A model generated the notes under the pieces. It saw only the letters and a program-made list of their open reading frames with translations. It searched no databases and was not told the DNA's origin. DNA of 64,000 bases from Planctomycetota bacterium. GTDB taxonomy: Bacteria > Planctomycetota > UBA1135 > UBA2386. Shown here in pieces: positions 18,215 through 28,040 of this stretch; the stretch's first letter is position 1, and each line of letters begins with the position of its first letter. The translations under genes and the position numbers were made by a program. The stretch spans positions 30,459-94,458 of the forward strand of contig JAPYTD010000002.1 in NCBI GenBank assembly GCA_029936315.1. The letters run 5' to 3'.

Positions 18215-19432
18215 TCAGAGCAGTTCGGCAAGCGCAGTGATCAGCCGCTCAACTTCCGCCGGCGAGTTGTAGTGCACGAGGCTGGCGCGGATCACTCCGT
18301 CCCGGTCCATGAGACCCATGTCGCGAATCGCGCGATAGGCGTAGAAGTGGCCCCAGCGCAGGGCGAGTCGGCGCTCGTCGAGCCGCGGCGGAAGCTCACT
18401 GGAACGCATCCCGTCGACGCTGAAGGCGACGGTCGGAACGCGACGCGCGGGGTCAGCCGCTGGCACGCCGTGCAGCGTCACGCGCGGATGTTCGACGAGG
18501 AAGTCGATCAGCGGTGCGATCAGCTGCGACTCCCATGCGGCGACATCGGCGAAGATCCCTGCCAACCGCTCCGCACTTGGCTCCGGACTCTGTGCCCCCT
18601 CGTCGAGGCTCGTCAGGTATTCGCAGATACCGGGCAACGAGGCCACCAACTCGTGATTCACGCCCCCCGGCTCAAGCTTGCCCGGGACGTCGTGCTCGCC
18701 GAAGAAGAAGTGGCACTGACCCTTCGCATGCTCAAGAAGCTCACGCCTGCCGAAGAGCACCGCTTGGTGCGGACCGTAGACCTTGTAGAGGCTAGCGACG
18801 TAGAAATCGACGCCGAGCGAACGCACGTCGACAGCACGATGCGGGGCAAACGCCACCCCATCGACAAAGCTCCACGCACCCGCCTCGCGGATGCGTGCGG
18901 CGATGCTCGCCACGTCGTGAATCGTGCCCGTGACGTTCGGGCAATGCGTGAAGGCGACGAGTCGCGTGCGGTCGGATAGCAGCGGCTCCAGGTCCTCAAG
19001 TTCGAGCGCGAGAGTCTCTGGCCGGAAGCGCCACTCCTTGACGACGACACCGCGCTCTTCGAGCCCCCGCCACGGACCAATGTTTGCCTCGTGATCGAGA
19101 TTGGTGACGATCACCTCATCGCCGGGCGCGAACCGCGCGCCAAGAGCGCACGCCATGCGCTGCACCAGCACCGTCGTCGAGGCACCATGCACGATCTCTC
19201 CCGGGTCCGCATTGAATAGGCACGCCGCCGCGCGGCGTCCTGCGTCGACGGCTGCAACCGCGTCCCGGGACAGCGCGTAGGTTGCCCCATGTTGCACGGC
19301 ATGGCGTTCCATATAGCCCGTGAGACGCTCGATCACGGGGCGGGCGGGCACCGTTCCGCCCGCGTTGTCGAATAGCGCCCAGTCGGATCGCAGGGCAGGA
19401 AACGAGGCGCGGGCGGCATTCAGGTCGAGCAT
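18215..19432 (-). CDS. Class-V aminotransferase, cysteine-desulfurase-like family
   Basis: FPALRSDWALFDNAGG...THCPNVTG...ASLYKVYGP (PLP Lys)...LRWGHFYAYR...VIRASLVHYNSPAEVERL. The position equivalent to the SufS GHHCA cysteine reads GHFYA. Confidence 0.85.
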   Translation of the reverse strand: MLDLNAARASFPALRSDWALFDNAGGTVPARPVIERLTGYMERHAVQHGATYALSRDAVAAVDAGRRAAACLFNADPGEIVHGASTTVLVQRMACALGARFAPGDEVIVTNLDHEANIGPWRGLEERGVVVKEWRFRPETLALELEDLEPLLSDRTRLVAFTHCPNVTGTIHDVASIAARIREAGAWSFVDGVAFAPHRAVDVRSLGVDFYVASLYKVYGPHQAVLFGRRELLEHAKGQCHFFFGEHDVPGKLEPGGVNHELVASLPGICEYLTSLDEGAQSPEPSAERLAGIFADVAAWESQLIAPLIDFLVEHPRVTLHGVPAADPARRVPTVAFSVDGMRSSELPPRLDERRLALRWGHFYAYRAIRDMGLMDRDGVIRASLVHYNSPAEVERLITALAELL

Positions 19433-19500
19433 GGCGCAGAGAGCGTAACGTCACCGAGCCGGCGGCACCCCTTCTGCGCTGCCCCACCAATCTGGCAGGA

Positions 19501-21228
19501 CTACTTGTTCGGAGTCATGTACTCGAACCGGGCCAGATACCTGTCCACTTCTAGAAACCAAGCCAGCGGATGCGAGGCCTTGCCGTCTTTGGTCGAAGCC
19601 AGGCGTTGCTGCGCGGCGCTAGCGTAGACGGTGTCCGGATGGTCCCTGAGGATCGCCTCGATCGCCGAACGATCCTTGGTCGCGCATGCGGCCATGTAAG
19701 CGCGTCCCGCCGCCAGAACCCGCACTCCAGACCTCGTCGCCATGCGTTTCGTATAGGGCCGGAAGCGCCCATCGAGGGAGTTGCCGAACTTCCCTCGAGC
19801 CTTCTCGATCAACCGCGCAACACCGACCAGATCGCCAGTCGCGCCAACATGCGAGATGCACTCGAGCAGCCAGTCCGCCTCGACTTCGATCACGACCTTG
19901 AAGTAATGGCGTAGGAACCGGTCCACCTTGGTCTTGGCGGTCGCCGTCTTCAGGACTTGTGCCGCGCCAACATAGTTCTCGAACGACAACGCGTGGTAGA
20001 CGTCGATCAAGCTCGGGTCTTGGATGTCGCTGAGGCCAAAGCCAGGCGGCATGAACAGCTCTCCCGTGCTCGCTTGGCAAGGGTGCATGAACTTGTTGTC
20101 GCGCGCGTAGGTGCTGGTGTAGCAGTTGCCAAAGCGCCCAACGCCAACCTTGTTTCGCTTCATCGAGTAGAGCGGGCCGGTGTGGCCTCCGCCGTAGCTC
20201 AGGGCGTACAGGTATCGCCGGCCATTGGCACCACCGCCTGCCCCCTCACCGGACCCGTTGGTGCCGAAACGACGCAGACGGTCCGTGAACCCCCTCTTGC
20301 CCGGCAGGGTTGACATGTGGCCCGAAGCGTTGCCGTCGACCCGATCCTTGGAGTGGTCGCGCGTTGCCGCGCAGGCCAACATATCCGTCGACCAAGAGAT
20401 GATGCCCATCAGCATGCGGATCTCGTTGGCATAGAGAACGAACTCGGCCTCTTCGTAATCGATCAGGCGCGCCTTCGCCGCATTACCAAGCAGAACGGCC
20501 CCGGCACCAGCCGGTGCGACGGAACTCGCGAGCGCCATTGTGCGGTGGAGGTGGTCAACGTGCTGTTCGTAGCTCCGCGCCTTGGAAAGTGGCGGCATTG
20601 CGATTCCAGTCGGCGCAAACTTATCCGTCGTAGGATCCTCTCCCAGTTCGAGCGCTTCCCGCACATCGTTCCGATAGCCGTTGAACTCCCACATGCGCCG
20701 CGACATAGCCTTCGATGCCTTGGTCTGGATGGCGCCAACGTCTGGCAATATCAGCTCGCCGACCTTCGTTGCCGGCATCAGGAAGTGCTGCTGAAAGTGG
20801 AGCTGGGTCGACGGATTGAGGATGTAGTTGCGCCAGACTCGGCGCGTCATTGCCACCTCACGAAGTTCCGCGTCGGAGAGCGAAGCCAAGTGGCGGTGGT
20901 ACACAGCACGAATTGGCTCGTCGAGTATCACCGCGTAGCTTCGCTCGAGCGCGGCCAGTTTGTGATCGATGACCTTCTCAAGGCTCAGCCATGCCACCGG
21001 AGCGTCGAGCACCAGCCGAAACTGCTTGCGTCGCGTCGCAGCATCCTCGTCTTCAGCTGGCGGCTTCGCCAAGTACTTCAGAGCTTCCTGAATCTCGGGT
21101 GCGAGGTCACGAACCATCGCAGGCGCGGCCTTAGGAACACGTTGGCCGGAGCGGTCCTGATCGGATCTTTGCCCGGTCAGTGAAGAGGCAGCAATGCAAC
21201 AGGTGAGGATGACTAAGGGGCAACGCAT
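19501..21228 (-). CDS. Secreted CAP/SCP (YkwD-like) domain protein with long helical flanks; paralog B
   Basis: Signal peptide MRCPLVILTCCIAASSLTG. CAP-like core: ANEIRMLMGI..W...LACAATRDHSKD....GHMS..PGKRGFTDRLRRFG...GEGAGGG...YGGGHTGPLYS...KVGVG. It is paralogous to 24447..26165. Confidence 0.72.
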   Translation of the reverse strand: MRCPLVILTCCIAASSLTGQRSDQDRSGQRVPKAAPAMVRDLAPEIQEALKYLAKPPAEDEDAATRRKQFRLVLDAPVAWLSLEKVIDHKLAALERSYAVILDEPIRAVYHRHLASLSDAELREVAMTRRVWRNYILNPSTQLHFQQHFLMPATKVGELILPDVGAIQTKASKAMSRRMWEFNGYRNDVREALELGEDPTTDKFAPTGIAMPPLSKARSYEQHVDHLHRTMALASSVAPAGAGAVLLGNAAKARLIDYEEAEFVLYANEIRMLMGIISWSTDMLACAATRDHSKDRVDGNASGHMSTLPGKRGFTDRLRRFGTNGSGEGAGGGANGRRYLYALSYGGGHTGPLYSMKRNKVGVGRFGNCYTSTYARDNKFMHPCQASTGELFMPPGFGLSDIQDPSLIDVYHALSFENYVGAAQVLKTATAKTKVDRFLRHYFKVVIEVEADWLLECISHVGATGDLVGVARLIEKARGKFGNSLDGRFRPYTKRMATRSGVRVLAAGRAYMAACATKDRSAIEAILRDHPDTVYASAAQQRLASTKDGKASHPLAWFLEVDRYLARFEYMTPNK

Positions 21229-21264
21229 GGTGATGGTCTGGAGAGTCAGTGGGTCACTGCACGG

Positions 21265-23163
21265 TCACCTGCGCTTGCTGCTCTTGCCGAGCACGATTTC
21301 TGCGAACCCCAACGGTAGGCCGGCCTTGCCGCCTCGGGTGATCACTTTCAGAGTCATCTTGCGGACAGTGCGTATCCTCATGAACTCATACACAGTAGGT
21401 GCCAGTGGATTCGGATTCATATCGATGATGACCGACCGCTTTTCCTTGTTCCAAGTCACCTCGACTTGGCGAATCAGGCCGATGCGCTTGATGTCCTCAC
21501 GCCGCTTGAATGGCTGCGTCAAGATCAACCGCCGGGCCTTGACTTTATCGTCAAACTCGAATGTCAACGTCGGTGCCTGATCCGCCGCGGCACAAAGCCA
21601 CTCCGTGTGAATCAATCCATCCGCAGCACGCGCAGCCGTCTTTTGGTTGCTGCTGGCTGCGATCGCCACCTTGAGGCCTTTCAACTGGTTGCCTTCCTGA
21701 ATCGTCGCGAGGCCTTGCATCCACGGTTCGATCACGTCACGGATCTTCACTTGCATGGGCAGCGACTTGATCGTCACCGTGCGATCCGTTCCGCCCGGCG
21801 GAACATCCGGCGCGATGGCGATGACGCGTGCCTCGATGGTGTGCGTTCCGTGCGACAGTTGCACGCTGCGGTGGATGAACGTGGTGACGTTGTTCCAGGC
21901 CTTCGTTGGGTCGGCGGGTAGCTGGCCAAGGATGCGATCGCCTTCCAGATACTCCACCCTCAGGATGCGCAATCCGTATGCGGCGTGCTCGCTCAATAGG
22001 CGCTTGCCGAACCCTTGGATGTAGAGCATCAGGGGTTGCTGGCCAGCGCCGCGCAGTTCGATGTCGTCACCTTCACGGCCGGAGGCGAACAGGTGTCGCG
22101 ACTTACCTCCGGCGCCCGAGCCGGTTTGCGGCCCGCCCTTGGTCGCCCGCCGCAAGAAGAGCAGCGCGAAGCAGGTGTTGTAGTGTTCACCCCAACCACC
22201 GTTCTTCTGTCGATTAAGAATGACGCGGGCTCCGTCGACGTACCACCAGTGGTCGCCGAACTGCTCACGCTGGGCCAGGCCGCCAACCCGCTCCATGCCA
22301 TAGAGGTAGTACAGCAACCACCGGCCGCCCTGCCCTGGCTTTTGATCATGCGTCACGCTGAAGTACACATCGAGCCAGCTCAAGCCCGCGACGAGTGCGC
22401 GGTTGAGGTTCCGGCGCGCTTGCTTCTTCATCCTCTTGCCGAGGCCGATCTCACAGATCTTCAGGATCGAGACTCCAGCCGTTGTCATCGTGCCCGTCGC
22501 CTGGTGCGGGGCACCGTCCCTTCTCGCCCGGTATTCGAAACCCGCCACCTCACGTTGGCCAACGCCCGTTCTGCCGGTGATGGCGACGTCAACCATGTGT
22601 AGATCTTCTTGGTGCCTGAGCGTGCCCTCGATGAGGTTGAGCCAAGCATCGCGCGGAACTTTCAGCCCGGCCTTGTTCGCAGTCCACAGTCCCAGCGCGG
22701 CGTATTGCGAGTTGGATAGGTCTTGCCCCCCCTGCGGATAGGCCCAGGTACCGTTATTGCTCTGATTCCGGAGCATCATCTCCAGCAACTCCCTGAGCCG
22801 ACTGAGATGTGCCCGATCATTGGTCACGCTGTACGCGAGCATCATGCAGGCGATCGCGTAGGTCCTCGGCGGCGTCACGCTGTCGAGAAAACCAAAGGCC
22901 CGCTTGATAGCCGGATGCTGCATCGACACACCGCAGTTGAGCAACGCATAGACGCAGAGCCCGGTCTGCCCACCGACGTCATTGCCAACGACGCCAAACG
23001 AGCCGTCACGAAGCTGAGCATCCAGGAGGCGCTCGACGCCATCCGCAATCGCGGCATCGATTCGCGGCTTGAGCTTGAACTCATCTGGATGAACTTTCTG
23101 AGCACTGAGTGGTGCCGCAGCGAGTGCGCCAATGAGTGTTGCAATGAAAACGACGTGACGCAT
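21265..23163 (-). CDS. Secreted prenyltransferase/squalene-oxidase-repeat (alpha/alpha toroid) protein with C-terminal galactose-binding-like domain
   Basis: ATG at 23163 gives MRHVVFIATLIGALAAAPLSAQ. Repeats such as QLRDGSFG, NNGTWAYPQGG..SNSQYAALGLW and GGWGEHYNTCFALLFL are typical of this repeat family. The C-terminal region ...AADGLIHTEWLCAAADQAPTLTFEFD... is discoidin-like. Confidence 0.8.
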   Translation of the reverse strand: MRHVVFIATLIGALAAAPLSAQKVHPDEFKLKPRIDAAIADGVERLLDAQLRDGSFGVVGNDVGGQTGLCVYALLNCGVSMQHPAIKRAFGFLDSVTPPRTYAIACMMLAYSVTNDRAHLSRLRELLEMMLRNQSNNGTWAYPQGGQDLSNSQYAALGLWTANKAGLKVPRDAWLNLIEGTLRHQEDLHMVDVAITGRTGVGQREVAGFEYRARRDGAPHQATGTMTTAGVSILKICEIGLGKRMKKQARRNLNRALVAGLSWLDVYFSVTHDQKPGQGGRWLLYYLYGMERVGGLAQREQFGDHWWYVDGARVILNRQKNGGWGEHYNTCFALLFLRRATKGGPQTGSGAGGKSRHLFASGREGDDIELRGAGQQPLMLYIQGFGKRLLSEHAAYGLRILRVEYLEGDRILGQLPADPTKAWNNVTTFIHRSVQLSHGTHTIEARVIAIAPDVPPGGTDRTVTIKSLPMQVKIRDVIEPWMQGLATIQEGNQLKGLKVAIAASSNQKTAARAADGLIHTEWLCAAADQAPTLTFEFDDKVKARRLILTQPFKRREDIKRIGLIRQVEVTWNKEKRSVIIDMNPNPLAPTVYEFMRIRTVRKMTLKVITRGGKAGLPLGFAEIVLGKSSKRR

Positions 23164-23369
23164 GGATGCGGACAATACCAAAGATGCCGCGGACCGGTGA
23201 ATCGGGACGTGTGATTCTGCTCTAAAACGTGGCCCCGCAGCCAGCAAGGGGCGCTGCCAAACCCCATAGCATGGTGATGCGCGATCCGACCAAACTACCA
23301 GTGGCCTGATTTCGACCCAGCGAACCATCAGCAGGCGCCGAGCAGCGTTTTTGGCTCGGAGCTAGGAGC

Positions 23370-24380
23370 CTACTTCTTGCCGACGAGGATCTTGATCATC
23401 GCTTGTGCCGAGGCATCGCCGACCAGGCAATAGCTCTCCGCGCTGTTGTGCCAGTGGCTCTTTTGCCGGCCAGGTTTGTGTATTTGGAAGTGTCGGGTCG
23501 GGACCGCGGTGCATCGATTGTGCCTGGCCGCGGCAGCGATTTGCTGTGGCTCGATACTCTTGCCGAGGAAGCCGGCAACGCCCGAAGCCTTCGGACCACC
23601 CATCCCGCTTGTCGCAATGACGAAGGGCAGGTTCTTGACGCCGAGGTCTTTGCGTAGGTCGACAATGAAGTTGCTCATGTTGGCCTCATACTCCTTCGCG
23701 AAGTTCTTGGAGCAGGCGTCGTTCCAACCCTGATGCCAGAGGAAGCCAACGATTTCGTAGCCTTGGCCGCGATAGCTTGGGAAGTGCTTCTTCAAGTTGC
23801 CGAGCACCATCTGCACTTCTTCGAGCATGCTCCGGTAGCGCAAGCCGAATTGCTGCTTGATGTCATCGAGTGAGGCGTTGGGGTTCTTCTTCTTCTTCTT
23901 TGCCAGCATCGCTTGCAGGGTGGCGTGCTCTGGCAGCTTCGAACTCGGTGGGCGGAAGGTTGCGGCAAGCGCCTGACCACCCCAGGCAGTCTTGATGAGC
24001 AGCACCTGCGACTTGTAGTGCTCGCCGAGGAGGTGACCAAAGGTGAGTTCGGGGCCGATGCTCTTGGCGTTGGCTCCGAGTCCGACCCTCAGGTTGCACT
24101 TGATGACGGATCCTCTCCCTGGCTTGTGAAAGTACCAGACATCCTTGCGCTCAACCCATTCTCCATCCCTCTTCAGATAGGCAAACTGCTGTTGCGCGGC
24201 GGCGTAGTCGAGATCGCCGTCCTTGTTCATGCTGATCCTGCCGTGGCCTTGCATGTTGGATTGGCCGGCGAGGATGAACACCTTGATCTTCGCCTTGGAG
24301 CCAGTGTCCTGGGCCAGGATCGAGTGCGGTGTGCACAGGGCAGCCAGAGTCGCCGTGATGTAGAAGAATACGCGCGTCAT
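23370..24380 (-). CDS. Secreted sialate-O-acetylesterase-like (DUF303/SGNH) protein
   Basis: Signal peptide MTRVFFYITATLAALCTPHSILAQ. IKVFILAGQSNMQGHG...SIGPELTFGHLLG...VLLIKTAWGGQAL..RPPSS...GFLWHQGWND. Confidence 0.85.
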   Translation of the reverse strand: MTRVFFYITATLAALCTPHSILAQDTGSKAKIKVFILAGQSNMQGHGRISMNKDGDLDYAAAQQQFAYLKRDGEWVERKDVWYFHKPGRGSVIKCNLRVGLGANAKSIGPELTFGHLLGEHYKSQVLLIKTAWGGQALAATFRPPSSKLPEHATLQAMLAKKKKKNPNASLDDIKQQFGLRYRSMLEEVQMVLGNLKKHFPSYRGQGYEIVGFLWHQGWNDACSKNFAKEYEANMSNFIVDLRKDLGVKNLPFVIATSGMGGPKASGVAGFLGKSIEPQQIAAAARHNRCTAVPTRHFQIHKPGRQKSHWHNSAESYCLVGDASAQAMIKILVGKK

Positions 24381-24446
24381 GGGAGTGGTTCGCTGAGAGG
24401 GTTTCGGTTGGCGGTGGCCTGATCAGTAAAAGGTCGCCTGAAACGG

Positions 24447-26165
24447 CTAGCGCTTTGCCGTCGGGGGGTATTCGTACTTCTCGACGGTTGCCTGCTTGCC
24501 GACAAAGTAGGCGAACGCTGCGCCCGGTTCGTCAGCAGCTTTGGCGGCCTCTGCGTAGGCGGTGCCGCCATACCTTCTGATGAGTGCCCTGCTGGCCTTG
24601 GCTCGCCCCGCGCCGTCAAGATCGCCTAGCACCATGCGATGGAAGGCCTCGCCGGCCTTCAACGCTTGCGCGAGTGCGGGATCGGCCAACATGGCGAGAC
24701 GGAGTATGCCCTCCTCCTCGAATGCCGGGTTGCCCTTGAACATCTTGGCGCCAGCCAGCAGTCGACGGCGAGCCTCGTAGACGTCCCCGGCGTCTTCGAT
24801 CGCAGCTGATGAATCTAGGATCCAGTCGATCTCGGTCTGCACCGCCGCGCGGAAGAAACGCAACAGCATGCTCGTCTTCTCGTTTGAGGGACGAGCCTTC
24901 GCCAAGGCCCGAGCGGCATGACCAAACTCACCTGACTGCAGCTTTGAGAAGATCGAGCGGGCTGATCCGCGCAATCGGGTGTTGCTCCAACCGGGAGGCA
25001 GCACGAGTTCGTTGGCCACCGCCTGACAGTCGTGCACGATGCTGCGATCGGTGCCGTAGATGCTGGTGTAGGCGTTCTTCCGCCGACCGACGCCGACGCA
25101 GTTCCTCCTCAGGGAGTAGAGCGGCCCGGTATGACCACCGCCATAGCTCAAGCCGTTGATGTAGCCGCGGCCGCTGGCGCCGCCACCGACACCCTCACTG
25201 CCAAAGCGCCTGGCGCCCATGCGACGGGATCGATCGGTGAAGCCGCGCTTCTCCTTGATCGACGACATGTGCCCCGTGGCCAGTCCTTTGGTTCGGTCAT
25301 TGGAATGGTCGCGAGCAACTGCGTTGCCGAGAGGGTCCACGCGCCAGACGATGGTGCCGGAGAGCATTCGCATCTCATTGCCGAAGAGCACGTACTCCGC
25401 TTCCTGCACATCGATCTCTTGCGCCGCCTCGTCGTTGTACATCAGAACCGCCTGGGCTCCAGGCGGCGCGACGGTGTGTGCCAAGACCATACTGCGTTCG
25501 GTATGATGCAGACTATCGAGGAAGGTTGGTGGTTGGTCGAGAGGCGCGTACGCGATCTGCGTGGGAGAGAGCTTGCCGACCGTTGGATCCGTTTGCATGC
25601 CGAGGGCTGTGTGGGCCATCGCTTGGTACTCGCCAAGTTCCATCAGGGTCTTGCGTTGGCTGCACACTGGCTCGTCCTTCACGTCTTCCGCACGCAGTAG
25701 CAAGGCTTCGCCGGCAGCCTTCATCGGCGCCAGAAACTCGGCTTGAAAGTTGCTCCGGTGCCCGCCATGGAGCACGTAGCTCCGCCACAAACGTCGAGCG
25801 CGCTGCACGATCATGATCTGTTCGTCGCTGAGACTGATCAGGTGCCTCATGTAGGCGTCCTCAAGCCAGGCTTGCAACGCAACGGTGTACTTGCCGCGCA
25901 AGGACGCCAGTTGTTTGTCGATGTGCTGCAACGCCAATCGCGCACCACCAGGACCGAGGCCGATCACCTGCTCGATCAGGTATCGACGTTCGCTGCGGTC
26001 GATCGACTTGGCGAACGTATCGAGGCCCTCGACAATCTGTCTCTTCTGTTCGCTGCTGAGCTTCGCATCGGTGGCCGGACTCGGCGCGGCCTTCTTTGCC
26101 ACCTGACCTGGGCAAGCGGAGACCAAGAGCACGAACACAGCCAGCGATGAGATGCACGTTATCAT
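24447..26165 (-). CDS. Secreted CAP/SCP (YkwD-like) domain protein with long helical flanks; paralog A
   Basis: ATG at 26165 gives MITCISSLAVFVLLVSACPGQ. The core GNEMRMLSG..W....GNAVARDHSND...GHMS..KEKRGFTDRSRRMG...SEGVGGG...YGGGHTGPLYS...CVGVG is colinear with 19501..21228. Confidence 0.72.
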   Translation of the reverse strand: MITCISSLAVFVLLVSACPGQVAKKAAPSPATDAKLSSEQKRQIVEGLDTFAKSIDRSERRYLIEQVIGLGPGGARLALQHIDKQLASLRGKYTVALQAWLEDAYMRHLISLSDEQIMIVQRARRLWRSYVLHGGHRSNFQAEFLAPMKAAGEALLLRAEDVKDEPVCSQRKTLMELGEYQAMAHTALGMQTDPTVGKLSPTQIAYAPLDQPPTFLDSLHHTERSMVLAHTVAPPGAQAVLMYNDEAAQEIDVQEAEYVLFGNEMRMLSGTIVWRVDPLGNAVARDHSNDRTKGLATGHMSSIKEKRGFTDRSRRMGARRFGSEGVGGGASGRGYINGLSYGGGHTGPLYSLRRNCVGVGRRKNAYTSIYGTDRSIVHDCQAVANELVLPPGWSNTRLRGSARSIFSKLQSGEFGHAARALAKARPSNEKTSMLLRFFRAAVQTEIDWILDSSAAIEDAGDVYEARRRLLAGAKMFKGNPAFEEEGILRLAMLADPALAQALKAGEAFHRMVLGDLDGAGRAKASRALIRRYGGTAYAEAAKAADEPGAAFAYFVGKQATVEKYEYPPTAKR

Positions 26166-26616
26166 CGTGCGTAAGCCTATCAGACGTGCGCGGGCGCCGA
26201 CCGTCTGCGATGGGCTCCCATTCTGGTTCTGGCTATTCGTGCGCGACGTCTTGCTTGGCAAGCGACGAAAGCCACCTCAGCGTGCACGCGTGAGCACTTC
26301 GATCAAGTGCACGCACAGCAGCAACTCAGAACACGAATACCAAAGTCCCCTACCGCGATGCCGCTTGCCAGGAAGATGCGGCACGACCGATTGCATGATC
26401 TCGGTCAACGCGCGACCGCTGCGGTGCGTGCGTGGCCCGCCACATGTGCGCAGCGTAACTCCACTGCAACGAGATCCGGTTTGCGGGCCGGGCGGCTGAC
26501 GATGGAGTATGATCGCATTCTCAGGTTGGCTTACCAGCGGCCCGGCCTCGCGCGTTAGCTATTCGTCTCGCCGGAAGCTGCCTGCCATACGCTCCACCCT
26601 TGCGCGCGACCGGACC

Positions 26617-27780
26617 ATGAAGACTCCCCCATCTCGTTCGTTCTTCGCCCACGCAATCACGGTCGCGGCACTCACGTGTGCTGTGTCGGCACCTTTGTCC
26701 GCACAATGGACCGGTGAATGGTCCATGGACATGAGCAGCGGCGCAATCGCGGTCGACATCTCCGGCAGCGGCAACGACGGCACGCTCGCAAACTTCAACG
26801 GAACCCCGTGGGTTCCCGGCATGGTAGTCAACGCTCTCTCGTTCGACGGTGTGGACGACTACGTATCGCTTAACGCGCAGGCTTCGATCTATGAAGGGCT
26901 GGGCGCACCGTATTCCGTTGCGTACTGGGTCAAGGCGCCGGCACAACCGAACGTGTTCGTCTACGCAGAGGGCGCGACGTCCAGCACCGCCATCTTGATC
27001 TTTGGCAGCGGCCAGTACCCAGCCCAATCGGACAAGTTCCGCGTCTACTGTCGCAACGATCAGGGCAATGCTCCGTTCAGCGGCCTGTCGAACGCCGTCG
27101 TCTATGACGACACCTGGCACCACATCGCTTTTGTCGATGTGTCGGGCCAGATCACCCTCTACGTGGATGGTGTGGTCGACAGCGGCAACATCTCCTACGA
27201 CCCTGCGCGCCTACCCGGCATGCCGGGTCATGGAACGTTTTCGATGACCACGACGGCGATTGGGGCCCTCGTGCGCGGTTCCGTCTGTTGCCACACGAAC
27301 GGGCTGGTGGACGACCTCCGCCTCTACAAGTTCGCGATGTCGCCCACGGACGTACTGCAGGCGATGGTCGGCATCCCGGTGCTGCCAACGTCGGCGAGCA
27401 TCGGCGAGTACGGAGTGGGTTGCGGAGCAGGTCCACTCGACCTTGCGCCCAGTGGCAGCGCCGTGATCGGTGGCTCTGGTCTGCAATTGCAGTTGCAGTC
27501 CGGCACCCCGAATGCATTCGGTTTCTTGGTTTGTGGCTTGGGCGCGATTGCTCCGATTGATCTGGGTCCGGCCGGTTTCAGCGGGTGCACGCTCTACCCG
27601 AACAACTTCGTTTCTGCATTCCTTGGCGTGCTCGATGCTGCTGGAACCGCACCGGCGTTCCTGTTCGCGATCCCGAACAACCCGGCCCTGGCCTTTACGC
27701 AACTCAACTGCCAAGCGGTAGCCCTGGATGCGGTCGGGCTTGAGTTCTCCGACGTAGTCGAGGCGACGCTCGGGAACTGA
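26617..27780 (+). CDS. Secreted LamG (concanavalin-A-like lectin) domain protein with shared C-terminal module
   Basis: ATG at 26617 gives MKTPPSRSFFAHAITVAALTCAVSAPLSAQ. LamG-like region: GNDGTLANFNG..W.PG...ALSFDGVDDYVSL...WHHIAFV...LYVDGV...DDLRLY. C-terminus: YGVGCGAGPLDL...FAIPNNPALAFTQLNCQAVALDAVGLEFSDVVEATLGN. Confidence 0.8.
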   Translation: MKTPPSRSFFAHAITVAALTCAVSAPLSAQWTGEWSMDMSSGAIAVDISGSGNDGTLANFNGTPWVPGMVVNALSFDGVDDYVSLNAQASIYEGLGAPYSVAYWVKAPAQPNVFVYAEGATSSTAILIFGSGQYPAQSDKFRVYCRNDQGNAPFSGLSNAVVYDDTWHHIAFVDVSGQITLYVDGVVDSGNISYDPARLPGMPGHGTFSMTTTAIGALVRGSVCCHTNGLVDDLRLYKFAMSPTDVLQAMVGIPVLPTSASIGEYGVGCGAGPLDLAPSGSAVIGGSGLQLQLQSGTPNAFGFLVCGLGAIAPIDLGPAGFSGCTLYPNNFVSAFLGVLDAAGTAPAFLFAIPNNPALAFTQLNCQAVALDAVGLEFSDVVEATLGN

Positions 27781-28040
27781 ACCCCCAGCGGCGACATCGC
27801 GGCTGGCGGCGTCAAACAAACAGCTGAACGTCTGCGCCGTTCGCGCGCAACGCCAAGCAGTTTGGCAATTCGAGCGCCTGTCCGGCTGACGAGCGAGGCG
27901 ATAGCCAATTGCGTGTGCTCACTGGCAGCACACTACGGAGTTGTCACCGGGCGCCATGCGGTTCTCGCCGAACGCAGCAACGCCCTCTAGGATTCTCGGC
28001 AGATCGAACTGCAACGTTCCGAGACACCGACAGAATCCGC

